Positions 1-9,064 of a stretch of DNA of 45,532 bases are shown one piece after another; position 1 is the stretch's first letter, and each line of letters opens with the position of its first letter. The notes beneath the pieces are model-generated. The model saw only the letters and a list, made by a program, of their open reading frames with translations, did not search any database and was not told the origin of the DNA. The translations under genes and the position numbers were made by a program. Source of the DNA: Chloroflexota bacterium (GTDB lineage: Bacteria > Chloroflexota > Anaerolineae > Anaerolineales > UBA4823); contig JAUWPO010000002.1 in NCBI GenBank assembly GCA_030611505.1, forward strand, positions 1 through 45,532, given 5' to 3'.

Positions 1-150
1 ATAGCATTTCTCTTTCCTGGTGAGCCTGTACATCCTGGCTTTGTTTCTGTCGATGAATTGGTTGAGAAACCAGTAGACCCTCAGTTCCTTCTGGAAAGGG
101 TCAGTGCCTTGATACAAGCTTCCGAAGAGAGAAAGGCGCAATCAAGCTAA
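1..150 (+). CDS. C-terminal fragment of a response-regulator-like protein (5' end outside window)
   Basis: Frame 1 is open from base 1 to TAA at 148-150. The translation ...VDELVEKPVDPQFLLERVSALIQ resembles the KP-x-D...LL-x-RV end of receiver domains. Confidence 0.35.
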   Translation: MAFLFPGEPVHPGFVSVDELVEKPVDPQFLLERVSALIQASEERKAQSS

Positions 151-288
151 TTGAGAGTCAAGGTTAAATTGACTGGTCCGCCGTGACGATCTTTGTCATG
201 ACAGTTTGTATAGTTGAGGCTTAGCTCATCTGACTTCTCGAGACCAGGAAATGTTACAATAACATGACAGACCATAGGAGATAACTAT

Positions 289-852
289 ATGGCAGCTAAA
301 CTAACTTTTAGCAAAGAGATTGCCAACCTGTTGTATGCGATGCATGGGAATCCGATCAAAGACTGCATCCAGTGTGGAACGTGCTCTGGCACCTGCCCAG
401 CGGTTGAGTTCATGGATCATTCGCCACGTGAGCTTATAGCCATGATTGGCGCAAATTTAAAGGATGAGGTGCTACATAGCAATACTTATTGGTCATGCGC
501 TTCCTGCTATTACTGTAACGTAAGATGTCCTGCCGGAATCGACATTGCCGATCTAATGTACGCTTTGAAACGCTATTCCATGTGGAAGGATCAATACAAA
601 AAGGACTTGATTGGACCTAAGTTCTCCGAAAGCTTCGTTAAGATGATCATGAGAACAGGTAGATCCTTTGAACCCGTTCTGGCTCCCTCCTATATCTTTA
701 AGTATGGTACTCGCGGCATTATCCAGGAAGCTCAAACTGCTTCAGCCCTGGTGCTGAAAGGAAGGTTGCCCTTGCTTCCAAAGAAGATCAAGAGGCTCGA
801 AAACTTAAAACGGATGGTGAGAAGAATCATCCCGATAGGAGAACCCTCATGA
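289..852 (+). CDS. hdrC: Heterodisulfide reductase subunit C-like 2x[4Fe-4S] protein
   Basis: 187 aa. Two ferredoxin-type motifs (CIQCGTCSGTCP, CASCYYCNVRCP). AGGAG RBS upstream. The stop overlaps the next start (ATGA). Confidence 0.85.
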   Translation: MAAKLTFSKEIANLLYAMHGNPIKDCIQCGTCSGTCPAVEFMDHSPRELIAMIGANLKDEVLHSNTYWSCASCYYCNVRCPAGIDIADLMYALKRYSMWKDQYKKDLIGPKFSESFVKMIMRTGRSFEPVLAPSYIFKYGTRGIIQEAQTASALVLKGRLPLLPKKIKRLENLKRMVRRIIPIGEPS

Positions 853-1733
853 AACAATATGCATATTATCCAGGTTGCTCTCTTGAGAGCCTCGCGAAGA
901 GCTACCACCTCTCTTCCATCGAGGCCGCACGTGAGTTGGGATTGGAACTTAAGGAAATCGAAGATTGGAACTGTTGTGGCGCTACTGCATACTTCCACGT
1001 AGACGAACTATTAGCATATACGTTGGTAGCTCGGAACTTAGCCTTAGCCGAAAAGGAGAACCTCGACTTCGTTGCACCATGCAGTGGATGCTATAAAAAT
1101 GCGTACTTCACTAACGACTACCTTCAACAAGATCCGGGCCTGGCAGAACACATAAACTTTGCCCTTGAAGAGGACAACTTACATATCAGTGGTCCTATCA
1201 ATGTAAGACATCTTATCGAGGTTTTCGTTGAGGACGTGGGATTTGAGGAGATCAAGAAACATGTTTCTCGACCATTGAAAGACCTTCGTGTTGCCCCTTA
1301 CTACGGATGCCAACTCTTAAGACCGAAAAAAGATAGCGAGGACGTAGAGAATCCTCAGTTCTTCGAAGACCTCTTATCGGCAATTGGTTCGGATCCGGTT
1401 GAATATGGTTCCAAAACTCATTGCTGCGGCAGTTCTTTGATCATCACGAATCGGGAAGCTGCTTTGGATATGGTGTACAAGCTTTTACAGGATGCCGCCA
1501 ATCGTGAGGCGGATGTGATAGCGACCATATGCCCACTATGCAACGTAAATTTAGAACTTTATCAGAAACAGGTAAATCGAGAATTCGGTACAGATTTCTC
1601 AATGCCTGTAATGTACTTCACACAATTACTGGGATTAGCCTTAGGCGTCGAACCAGGACGCCTGGGGATAGGGAAAGATTTTGTTTCCACGGATTCAATG
1701 CAGTTTATTATGCAGAATCCACAATCTAGTTGA
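849..1733 (+). CDS. hdrB: Heterodisulfide reductase subunit B-like protein (two CCG domains)
   Basis: 294 aa with two CCG-type cysteine motifs (NCCGA...PCSGCY and HCCGS...CPLCN). Translationally coupled to hdrC. Confidence 0.85.
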   Translation: MKQYAYYPGCSLESLAKSYHLSSIEAARELGLELKEIEDWNCCGATAYFHVDELLAYTLVARNLALAEKENLDFVAPCSGCYKNAYFTNDYLQQDPGLAEHINFALEEDNLHISGPINVRHLIEVFVEDVGFEEIKKHVSRPLKDLRVAPYYGCQLLRPKKDSEDVENPQFFEDLLSAIGSDPVEYGSKTHCCGSSLIITNREAALDMVYKLLQDAANREADVIATICPLCNVNLELYQKQVNREFGTDFSMPVMYFTQLLGLALGVEPGRLGIGKDFVSTDSMQFIMQNPQSS

Positions 1734-1805
1734 GGCACACTAATAAAAGCATAAAATAGTTATGGTACCCAATGGGGGTGCCGTACCCGGAAAGGAGAAA
1801 ATTTT

Positions 1806-3815
1806 ATGAGTGAAAAAGTTGGAGTCTACATTTGCCATTGCGGCACAAACATCGCTAAGACAGTGGATGTAGAAGAGGTGGCTCTTTGGGCTGGCGAACA
1901 GGACCATGTAGATGTCGCCCGGGAATATAAATTCATGTGTTCCAGCCTCGGTCAGGAACTCATTGAAGAGGATATTAAGGAAAAGGGTTTAACGAAGATA
2001 GTTGTCGCTTCCTGCTCACCCCATATGCACGAAAAAACCTTCCGCACGGCTTGTGTACGGGGTGGATTAAATCCCTTCATGTTTGAAATGGCTAATATTC
2101 GTGAGCACGATTCATGGACAACGGATGATCGTGAAGCTGCAACTTTGAAGGCTAAAGCTCTCACAAAAGCAGCTATAGAACGCGTCATACACAACCAGCC
2201 ATTAGAACCATTACCTGTGGAGATTAATCCAAATACTCTTGTAGTGGGAGGTGGCATTGCCGGGATTTCCGCTGCTTTAGAACTAGCCGAAGCTGGGAAC
2301 CATGTCTACTTGGTAGAGCGGGAGCCATCCATTGGCGGACACATGGCCCAATTAGATAAAACATTCCCTACATTGGACTGCTCAGCCTGTATACTCACAC
2401 CGAAAATGGTTGATGTTGGACAGCATCCCAATATTACACTCCTCACTTACAGCGAAGTAGAGGCTGTAGGAGGATATCTAGGCAATTTCGACGTGACAGT
2501 GCGCAAAAAAGCCCGTTATGTTGATGAGGAGCATTGCACAGGTTGCGGCATCTGCATTGAGAAATGCCCCTATAAGGTTGTAGACAACGTCTTTGAAGCC
2601 GGGCTTGGGGCACGCAAAGTGATCTACCGTCCTTTCCCGCAGGCGGTACCCAAGTACCCGGTCATAGACACGGAGAATTGTGTCTATTTCCAACGGGGTA
2701 AATGCAAAGCCTGCCAGATTTTCTGTCCAACTGACCCCAACTCAATAGATTTCGAACAACAAGACGAAATTCTTCAAATAGTGGTGGGCAACATTATCTT
2801 AGCCACGGGTTTTGACCTTTTCGATGTCAGTCAAATACCTCAATACGGCTATGGCCGGTTGGCTAATGTGTTCACCAGCCTCGAATTCGAACGCATGGTA
2901 AACGCATCTGGACCTACAGATGGGAAAATCGTTCTACGAGACTTGGAAACACCGCCCGAATCCGTAGTCATCATACATTGCGTCGGATCCCGGGACGAAA
3001 ACTACCATAAGTACTGCTCGAAAGTTTGCTGCATGTACTCTTTGAAATTTGCGCATTTAATTCACGAACGTCTCCCCGAGGCGGAGGTGTACAACTGTTA
3101 TATTGACATGCGTACACCCGGCAAGGGGTACGAGGAGTTCTACAACCGTCTCCTAGAAGAAGGCACACATTTCATACGCGGTAAGGTGGCAGAGGTAAGC
3201 GACGTAGCCCGAATAGAGGAAGAAGAAGGGAAACTTATCGTCCAGGTAGCGGATACTCTTATCAGTAAACAGCGCCGTATCCCTGTGGACATGGTCATCC
3301 TCAGTCCTGCAATGGAAGCTCGCAACGACTCTCAAGAAGTATCCCAACTATTCAGGATGGGCTGTGACTTCGACGGCTTTTTCGTCGAACGCCATCCCAA
3401 GTTAGATCCGGTTGCAACCATGACCGAAGGCATCTACATTGCCGGGGCTTGCCAGGGTCCCAAGGATGTTCCCGACACAGTATCACAAGGCGCTGCTGCT
3501 GCGGCTCGTGTAGCCAGTTTTATCAGCCGGGGTACTGTAATGATGGAACCGATACGTGCAAGTATAAATCAAGAACTATGCTCCGGATGCCGTATATGCA
3601 ATACGATGTGTCCCTATAATGCTATCGTATTCCATGAAGACAGTAATGTCTCTGAAGTCATCACGGCACTTTGCCAGGGATGCGGTACATGTGTAGCAGC
3701 ATGCCCAAGTGGCATTATTACAGGTGCCCATTTCACTAATGATCAACTTTTGGCTCAGATAGAAGGAATTCTATGGGACGTTCGGTCAAATCTTGACTTG
3801 GTTCCGGTCGAGTAG
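1806..3815 (+). CDS. hdrA: Heterodisulfide reductase subunit A-like FAD/Fe-S flavoprotein
   Basis: 669 aa. N-terminal VYICHCGTNI, GGGIAGISAALELAEAG dinucleotide fold, four CX2CX2CX3CP motifs. AAGGAG RBS upstream. Confidence 0.9.
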   Translation: MSEKVGVYICHCGTNIAKTVDVEEVALWAGEQDHVDVAREYKFMCSSLGQELIEEDIKEKGLTKIVVASCSPHMHEKTFRTACVRGGLNPFMFEMANIREHDSWTTDDREAATLKAKALTKAAIERVIHNQPLEPLPVEINPNTLVVGGGIAGISAALELAEAGNHVYLVEREPSIGGHMAQLDKTFPTLDCSACILTPKMVDVGQHPNITLLTYSEVEAVGGYLGNFDVTVRKKARYVDEEHCTGCGICIEKCPYKVVDNVFEAGLGARKVIYRPFPQAVPKYPVIDTENCVYFQRGKCKACQIFCPTDPNSIDFEQQDEILQIVVGNIILATGFDLFDVSQIPQYGYGRLANVFTSLEFERMVNASGPTDGKIVLRDLETPPESVVIIHCVGSRDENYHKYCSKVCCMYSLKFAHLIHERLPEAEVYNCYIDMRTPGKGYEEFYNRLLEEGTHFIRGKVAEVSDVARIEEEEGKLIVQVADTLISKQRRIPVDMVILSPAMEARNDSQEVSQLFRMGCDFDGFFVERHPKLDPVATMTEGIYIAGACQGPKDVPDTVSQGAAAAARVASFISRGTVMMEPIRASINQELCSGCRICNTMCPYNAIVFHEDSNVSEVITALCQGCGTCVAACPSGIITGAHFTNDQLLAQIEGILWDVRSNLDLVPVE

Positions 3816-3825
3816 GAGGAAAATA

Positions 3826-4320
3826 ATGAATAAACAATTCGAACCCGTAATCGTTGGATTTTTGTGCAACTGGTGCTCTTATCGAGCTGCGGATCTGGCA
3901 GGTACAGCCCGCATCCATTACGCGCCAAACATGCGACCTATCCGGGTCATGTGCAGTGGGCGAGTGGATCCTCAATTTGTATTAAAAGCTCTACGAGAAG
4001 GAGCAGATGGCGTAATGATCGCAGGCTGTCATCCGGGTGAATGCCACTATGTAGAAGGGAATATAAAAACCTTACGCAGGTTTATTCTCCTCAAGAAGAT
4101 GCTGGCACAACTCGGCATCGAAGATGAACGTGTTCAATTAATCTGGGCATCCGCATCGGAAGGCATTATTTTAGCCGAAGCGGTTAACCGCATGACTGAA
4201 CAAATCCGAGCTCTGGGACCTCTAAATTGGCAAGAAAAAGTGCTGGGAGGAGGAAATGGTCACGGTCACCCAGCGGTTATCGAACCCGCCCAGGAAGCGG
4301 AGGAGGTGTTATATGACTGA
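3826..4320 (+). CDS. mvhD: MvhD/FlpD-like hydrogenase delta subunit
   Basis: ATG at 3826 follows GGAGGA. Contains GFLCNWCSYRAADLAG and AGCHPGECHY motifs. The longer ORF from 3793 overlaps the hdrA end. Confidence 0.8.
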   Translation: MNKQFEPVIVGFLCNWCSYRAADLAGTARIHYAPNMRPIRVMCSGRVDPQFVLKALREGADGVMIAGCHPGECHYVEGNIKTLRRFILLKKMLAQLGIEDERVQLIWASASEGIILAEAVNRMTEQIRALGPLNWQEKVLGGGNGHGHPAVIEPAQEAEEVLYD

Positions 4321-5347
4321 AAATGCAAAACCAAAGTTAGCAATGTATTGGGCATCATCATGCGGTGGTTGCGAAATTTCAATTCTGAATATTCATGAAA
4401 AAATCCTGATTGTTGATGAGGTATTCGATATAGCCTTTTTCCCTTGCATTGCAGATTTTAAGACCAAGGATGTGAAGGGCTATCCAGATGGTTACATCGA
4501 TGTGTGCCTTTTCAACGGTGCTATTCGCAACTCAGAAAATGAGGAGATGGCTCACCTGCTGCGACAGAAATCGAAGGTTCTTGTTGCATACGGTTCCTGT
4601 TCGTATGAAGGCTGCATTCCTGCGTTGTCTAACCTGACAACAAAGCAAGCAACCCTGGACACAGTATTTCTGGACAATCCCACGATTGATAATCCGGAAG
4701 GTATACTCCCACAACCAAGATATGAAGTACCAGAAGGCGAGCTCGAGCTTCCTGTTTTTTACAACACAGTGAAATCTCTCGATCAGGTTGTTGATGTGGA
4801 TTATTATCTTCCAGGGTGTCCACCAGAGCCGCCTCAAATCTGGGCGGTTTTAGAAATCGTTGTTGCTGCTCTTCTAGAAGGAGCACCACTTCCTCCAAAA
4901 GGAGCCATCGTCGGCGCAAGGGATGTCGCTGTTTGCGAAGAATGTCCACTTGAGAAGCATGAGAAAACCATCAATCGTTTCTATCGACCTTACGAAATTA
5001 TTCCAGAACCAGGGTTATGCTTGTTAGAGCAAGGCTTGGTTTGCGTAGGTCCAGCTACCCGTGCAGGCTGTGGAGCCTTATGTCCTCAAGTTGGTATGAG
5101 TTGTCGTGGATGTTATGGTCCACTCGATGACGTCGAGGATCAAGGCGCTAAGATGCTTTCCGCAATTGCGTCTGTAATTGGCGTGGGTGATCCGAGTATG
5201 GAAGAAGATGAATTGGAGCGTGAAATCCAAGCCGTAGTGGACACGATACCAGATCCTGCTGGCACATTTTATCGATTCAGCATGGCTCACTCTCTACTCC
5301 GCCGTGCTAATTTGAATGGCGGCAATGGGAAAGGAGAAGCAAAATGA
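4313..5347 (+). CDS. mvhG: [NiFe] hydrogenase small subunit (group 3, MvhG-like)
   Basis: ATG at 4313 follows GGAGG. Contains N-terminal WASSCGGCEIS and several distal Cys clusters (YLPGCPP, CEECP, CGALCP, CRGCYGP). Overlaps mvhD at the start and mvhA at the stop. Confidence 0.8.
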   Translation: MTENAKPKLAMYWASSCGGCEISILNIHEKILIVDEVFDIAFFPCIADFKTKDVKGYPDGYIDVCLFNGAIRNSENEEMAHLLRQKSKVLVAYGSCSYEGCIPALSNLTTKQATLDTVFLDNPTIDNPEGILPQPRYEVPEGELELPVFYNTVKSLDQVVDVDYYLPGCPPEPPQIWAVLEIVVAALLEGAPLPPKGAIVGARDVAVCEECPLEKHEKTINRFYRPYEIIPEPGLCLLEQGLVCVGPATRAGCGALCPQVGMSCRGCYGPLDDVEDQGAKMLSAIASVIGVGDPSMEEDELEREIQAVVDTIPDPAGTFYRFSMAHSLLRRANLNGGNGKGEAK

Positions 5348-6834
5348 AAAGAGTAACAATCGATCCCATCACGCGGCTGGAAGGTCATGGAAAAATCGAG
5401 ATTTTCTTAACCGATGAGGGCGACGTTGACAATGTATACCTCCAAATTCCTGAGTTGCGCGGCTTCGAACAATTTTCTGTCGGTCGTCCCGCTGAGGAAA
5501 TGCCTCGTATCACAAACCGCATCTGTGGTGTATGTCCAGAAGCGCACCACATGGCAGCCACAAAAGCTTTGGATGCTCTCTACCATGTAGAACCTCCTTC
5601 TGTAGCCAAGAAAATCCGCGAGCTGTTCTATATGGCTTTCTACTGCACTGACCATACAGTGCATTTCTACGCTTTGGGTGGACCCGATTTTGTTGTCGGA
5701 CCACAAGCACCACCAGCCGAACGCAACATCCTCGGTGTGATCCATAAGGTCGGGGTTGAAATCGGCATGCAAGTGATCAACTGCCGCAAACGCAACCACC
5801 ATGCCATCAAAATGTTAGGCGGTCGCGGCATACATCCAGTAGCAGGTTTACCAGGAGGCTGGAGTAAAGCCGTCACTGAAGAAGAACGCCAAGAACTCGA
5901 GCAAATCGCCCGTGAAAACGTGGAATTCGCTCTCTTCAGCCTACAACTGTTCGCCGACGTTGTGTTAGGAAACCAGGAATACGTTGATCTCATCTTATCA
6001 GACGCCTTTACACACAATACTTACTATATGGGTACCGTTGATGAAAACAACAAAGTCAATTTTTATGATGGCATGATCCGAGTTACTAGTCCTGTAGGAA
6101 AAGAGTTTGTAAAATACGAAGCCAAGGATTATGCACAGCACATCGCCGAACGCGTGGAACCATGGACCTATCTAAAATACCCCTACTTGAAGGATGTTGG
6201 ATGGAAAGGTTTCGTTGACGGCGTCGATAGTGGTGTTTACTGCGCAACACCTTTATCCCGCCTGAATGCTTCGGATGGCATGGCAACACCGAAAGCGCAA
6301 GAAGCATTTGAGAAGTTCTACGAGACTTTAGGCAGCGAGAACATCAACGGTCGATACCAGCCAGTTCATCACAGGCTGGCAACCCACTGGGCTCGGTTGG
6401 TAGAACTCCTCTATTCAGCTGAACGGATGTTGGAATTGGCAGAAGATCCTGAGATAACTGATCCTAACGTCCGGTCGCCTGTAACTGAAAAACCGGACCA
6501 AGGAATCGGCAGTGTTGAAGCGCCGCGCGGTACCTTGACACATCATTACCAAACAGACGAAAACGGGATATTAACGAAAGTCAACCTGATTGTAGGTACT
6601 ACCAATAATTATGCCCCCATTACCATGTCAGTCAAGAAAGCTGCTGAGAATCTTATCACAGCGGGAACAGAGATCACGGAAGGCTTGTTAAACATGGTGG
6701 AAATGGCTTTCCGTAACTACGATCCATGCATGTCTTGTGCGACTCACTCGTTGCCTGGTCAAATGCCGCTTGAAATTGTGATCCGCGACAGTGAAGGGAA
6801 CGAAGTCAAACGATTGAGCCAGTATATCGATTAA
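5344..6834 (+). CDS. mvhA: [NiFe] hydrogenase large subunit (group 3, MvhA-like)
   Basis: 496 aa. Contains RLEGHG, RICGVCPEAHH and C-terminal DPCMSCATH Ni-Fe ligand motifs. A 28-aa extension after the His is a candidate for protease cleavage. Confidence 0.9.
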   Translation: MKRVTIDPITRLEGHGKIEIFLTDEGDVDNVYLQIPELRGFEQFSVGRPAEEMPRITNRICGVCPEAHHMAATKALDALYHVEPPSVAKKIRELFYMAFYCTDHTVHFYALGGPDFVVGPQAPPAERNILGVIHKVGVEIGMQVINCRKRNHHAIKMLGGRGIHPVAGLPGGWSKAVTEEERQELEQIARENVEFALFSLQLFADVVLGNQEYVDLILSDAFTHNTYYMGTVDENNKVNFYDGMIRVTSPVGKEFVKYEAKDYAQHIAERVEPWTYLKYPYLKDVGWKGFVDGVDSGVYCATPLSRLNASDGMATPKAQEAFEKFYETLGSENINGRYQPVHHRLATHWARLVELLYSAERMLELAEDPEITDPNVRSPVTEKPDQGIGSVEAPRGTLTHHYQTDENGILTKVNLIVGTTNNYAPITMSVKKAAENLITAGTEITEGLLNMVEMAFRNYDPCMSCATHSLPGQMPLEIVIRDSEGNEVKRLSQYID

Positions 6835-6899
6835 AGGATTATTCAGCCTTGCGAAGGAAAATCAAATTATAGAAGACCAGCCTCCGCGAGGCTGAAATT

Positions 6900-7391
6900 A
6901 TGTTAATGAAAACGATTGTAATCGGATTAGGCAACCCGATACTCACCGATGATGGTGTGGGCGTTCTGGTTGCCTATGAAGTATCGAAGATTCTTGCTCT
7001 TCAGAAACGAAATGATATTGAAGTAACTGAAGCAAATGTTGGAGGTATTCGATTAATGGAGCTTATGGTCGGCTTCAATCGGGCTATTCTCGTAGATGCC
7101 ATCATTAGTAACAATGGAAGTTCACCAGGCAGAATCCATAAAATGTCGCTTGATGATCTTAGTGAAATCAGTCCGACTCAACACAGCACTTCATCACACG
7201 ATACATCGATAACCACAGCGTTGGAAATGGGAAGAAAACTTGGTTTAAAATTGCCAGATGAGATTGTGATTTATGCAATAGAGGTAGAGAACATTATTGA
7301 TTTCAATGAGAACCCGACCTCTGGTGTTGCCAAAGCGATTCCGCGTGCAATGAAATATGTCTTGGACGAAATAGGAAAGTATCCAAATTGA
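6900..7391 (+). CDS. Hydrogenase maturation endopeptidase (HycI/HoxW family)
   Basis: 163 aa with the VIGLGNPILTDDGVG motif. Lies directly downstream of the large subunit. The start could also be ATG 6906. Confidence 0.8.
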   Translation: MLMKTIVIGLGNPILTDDGVGVLVAYEVSKILALQKRNDIEVTEANVGGIRLMELMVGFNRAILVDAIISNNGSSPGRIHKMSLDDLSEISPTQHSTSSHDTSITTALEMGRKLGLKLPDEIVIYAIEVENIIDFNENPTSGVAKAIPRAMKYVLDEIGKYPN

Positions 7392-7452
7392 AACGATGCC
7401 AGAAAATAACTCTGTTCTGGCGATTATTAATCATTTTTAGGAGGCAATAAAT

Positions 7453-7950
7453 ATGATCTCACCCGAGATAATCCGGCGATATCCGTTTTTCGCAGGTTTG
7501 ACCTATGAACAAATTGTCATATTAGCAAAATTGGCTGATGAGAGCAGATTCGAAAAAGATCACGTTTTCTTCAAAGAGAATGATGTATTGAAAAGCATTT
7601 ATCTCGTCCTCGAAGGTGCTGCAGCAATCATCATCGAAGTGCCTGACCGAGATGTGAACCAGACAGTAGCTGATCAACTAACCGGCGAGATGAAAATGAA
7701 AGATATTACGCTCAGCACAGTAGGTAGTGGTGATATTTTCGGATTTCCTGCTTTAATCCCACCTTATAATGCCAACGCAAGTGCTAAAGCAATTACACAG
7801 TGCCGGGTTATTGAATTTGACTGCACGGAGCTGCTAAAAGAATTTGATAAAGACTGCGGTTTTGGATACGTAATGACGCAAAGAGTTGCACAGTTGGTCG
7901 TTGAAAGACTTCGCGATATGAGAGTCGAAACCCTTGCTTGTATCACCTAG
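7453..7950 (+). CDS. Stand-alone cyclic-nucleotide-binding (Crp-effector-like) domain protein
   Basis: 165 aa. FFAGLTYEQIVILAK...VFFKENDVLKSIYLVLEG...GDIFG pattern of cNMP-binding beta-barrels. No HTH or other output domain. AGGAGG RBS. Confidence 0.7.
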   Translation: MISPEIIRRYPFFAGLTYEQIVILAKLADESRFEKDHVFFKENDVLKSIYLVLEGAAAIIIEVPDRDVNQTVADQLTGEMKMKDITLSTVGSGDIFGFPALIPPYNANASAKAITQCRVIEFDCTELLKEFDKDCGFGYVMTQRVAQLVVERLRDMRVETLACIT

Positions 7951-7978
7951 CAAGCTGCTGCCTATACGAAAGCTACAC

Positions 7979-8012
7979 ACTTCCCGGACTCAAATACCGG
8001 GAAGGTTTTTTT
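7979..8012. terminator. Rho-independent terminator between convergent genes
   Basis: Stem CTTCCCGG / CCGGGAAG with a 9-nt loop, followed by G and a T7 run. Confidence 0.6.
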
Positions 8013-8238
8013 AATCGGTATTTGATTTTTTAACCACCCATTCGAAGAAAAACAGGACCGCCCAAATTACCAACAGTGGCAATAAACCAGCCAATAGACA
8101 CAGCAGACCCATCACTGCCGCATCTCGCCCATAAAACAAGAGAATCAAACCATCTCCGACGATGACTAATATCCCCATACCTCCGATGATCAACCGGATA
8201 TTCGTTTGTTTAGCATAGCGGCGCAAATCTCGTGTCAT
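8011..8238 (-). CDS. Small two-TM membrane protein, unknown function
   Basis: 75-aa ORF with two hydrophobic segments after a basic N-terminus. No recognisable motif. Confidence 0.45.
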   Translation of the reverse strand: MTRDLRRYAKQTNIRLIIGGMGILVIVGDGLILLFYGRDAAVMGLLCLLAGLLPLLVIWAVLFFFEWVVKKSNTD

Positions 8239-8327
8239 AATTATCTTGTGTAATCTTGTGAATGATTAGGTATCATTTTATGTCAATCAATTATACGGTA
8301 CTATTATATTTACGGTAAAATAAATCC

Positions 8328-8666
8328 ATGAACGACCTGCCTGAATGGCAGCATCTCTTCGAGAATGAAATTCAGCAGGCTCAAGCCGCCCGTACAGCCG
8401 GTAATGAAGGAATGGCTCGTGTATGTGCCCGTAGAGCTGCTGGTTTTGTAATAGGTGAATATTTAAACCGGCAAGGGGATAAATATTCTAACCCAAGCGC
8501 CTATGAGAGACTCAGGTATCTGTTATCACAGCCTGACATATCTCCACAAGTAAGGGACATTGCTGCACATTTTCTTGTTCGTGTGACACCCAACCATACA
8601 CTACCTATTGATGCTGACCTGATCGCTGATGCTCATTGGCTGCAAAAATTACTTATACAAACATGA
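8328..8666 (+). CDS. Hypothetical helical protein with an Rx4H motif
   Basis: 112-aa ORF. Ala/Arg-rich helical sequence with RVTPNH at residues 85-90. Its stop lies within the RBS region of the next gene. Confidence 0.5.
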   Translation: MNDLPEWQHLFENEIQQAQAARTAGNEGMARVCARRAAGFVIGEYLNRQGDKYSNPSAYERLRYLLSQPDISPQVRDIAAHFLVRVTPNHTLPIDADLIADAHWLQKLLIQT

Positions 8667-8677
8667 AGGAGCAATTT

Positions 8678-9019
8678 ATGGATTCAAAATATTATTGGAT
8701 TCCCAATCTAGTTTCAGAAACTCCCCACATTCCTAAAGACAGCATCGTAAGCCGTACTTTGTATTCAGACGATCTAGTTAAGGTCATTCTTTTCACCTTT
8801 GCTGCTGGACAGGAATTATCTGATCACACATCTTCATCAACAGCGATATTACACTTCATTAGCGGTAATGCCAAATTGAAAATTGCTGAGGATGAAATAG
8901 ATTCCAAGGATCAAGCATGGCTGTATTTGCCTCCAAACATGCCTCACACCATTTACGCCATCACCGAAGTCATGATGTTGCTCTATTTAATCACCGAAAA
9001 GAATGTCGGAGAAGTTTAA
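8678..9019 (+). CDS. Cupin domain protein
   Basis: ATG 8678 lies 6 nt after AAGGAG. Contains G-x5-H-x-H-like (AGQELSDHTSS) and PPNMPH motifs typical of small cupins. The ORF track extends to 8636 using an alternative start. Confidence 0.65.
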   Translation: MDSKYYWIPNLVSETPHIPKDSIVSRTLYSDDLVKVILFTFAAGQELSDHTSSSTAILHFISGNAKLKIAEDEIDSKDQAWLYLPPNMPHTIYAITEVMMLLYLITEKNVGEV

Positions 9020-9064
9020 CCATTAAATGCTCATTCCAACCATTAATATTAAGCCGAGGTCAAA

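Noticed and set aside
194-203. Perfect 10-bp palindrome TGTCATGACA upstream of hdrC, considered as an operator.
   Set aside because: It occurs once, and no cognate DNA-binding regulator is visible (the cNMP protein lacks an HTH). Chance occurrence is plausible.
6878-6894. Hairpin CAGCCTC-CGC-GAGGCTG between mvhA and the protease gene, considered as a terminator.
   Set aside because: No T-run follows it, and the downstream protease gene is functionally part of the operon. At most it is an mRNA processing or stability element.
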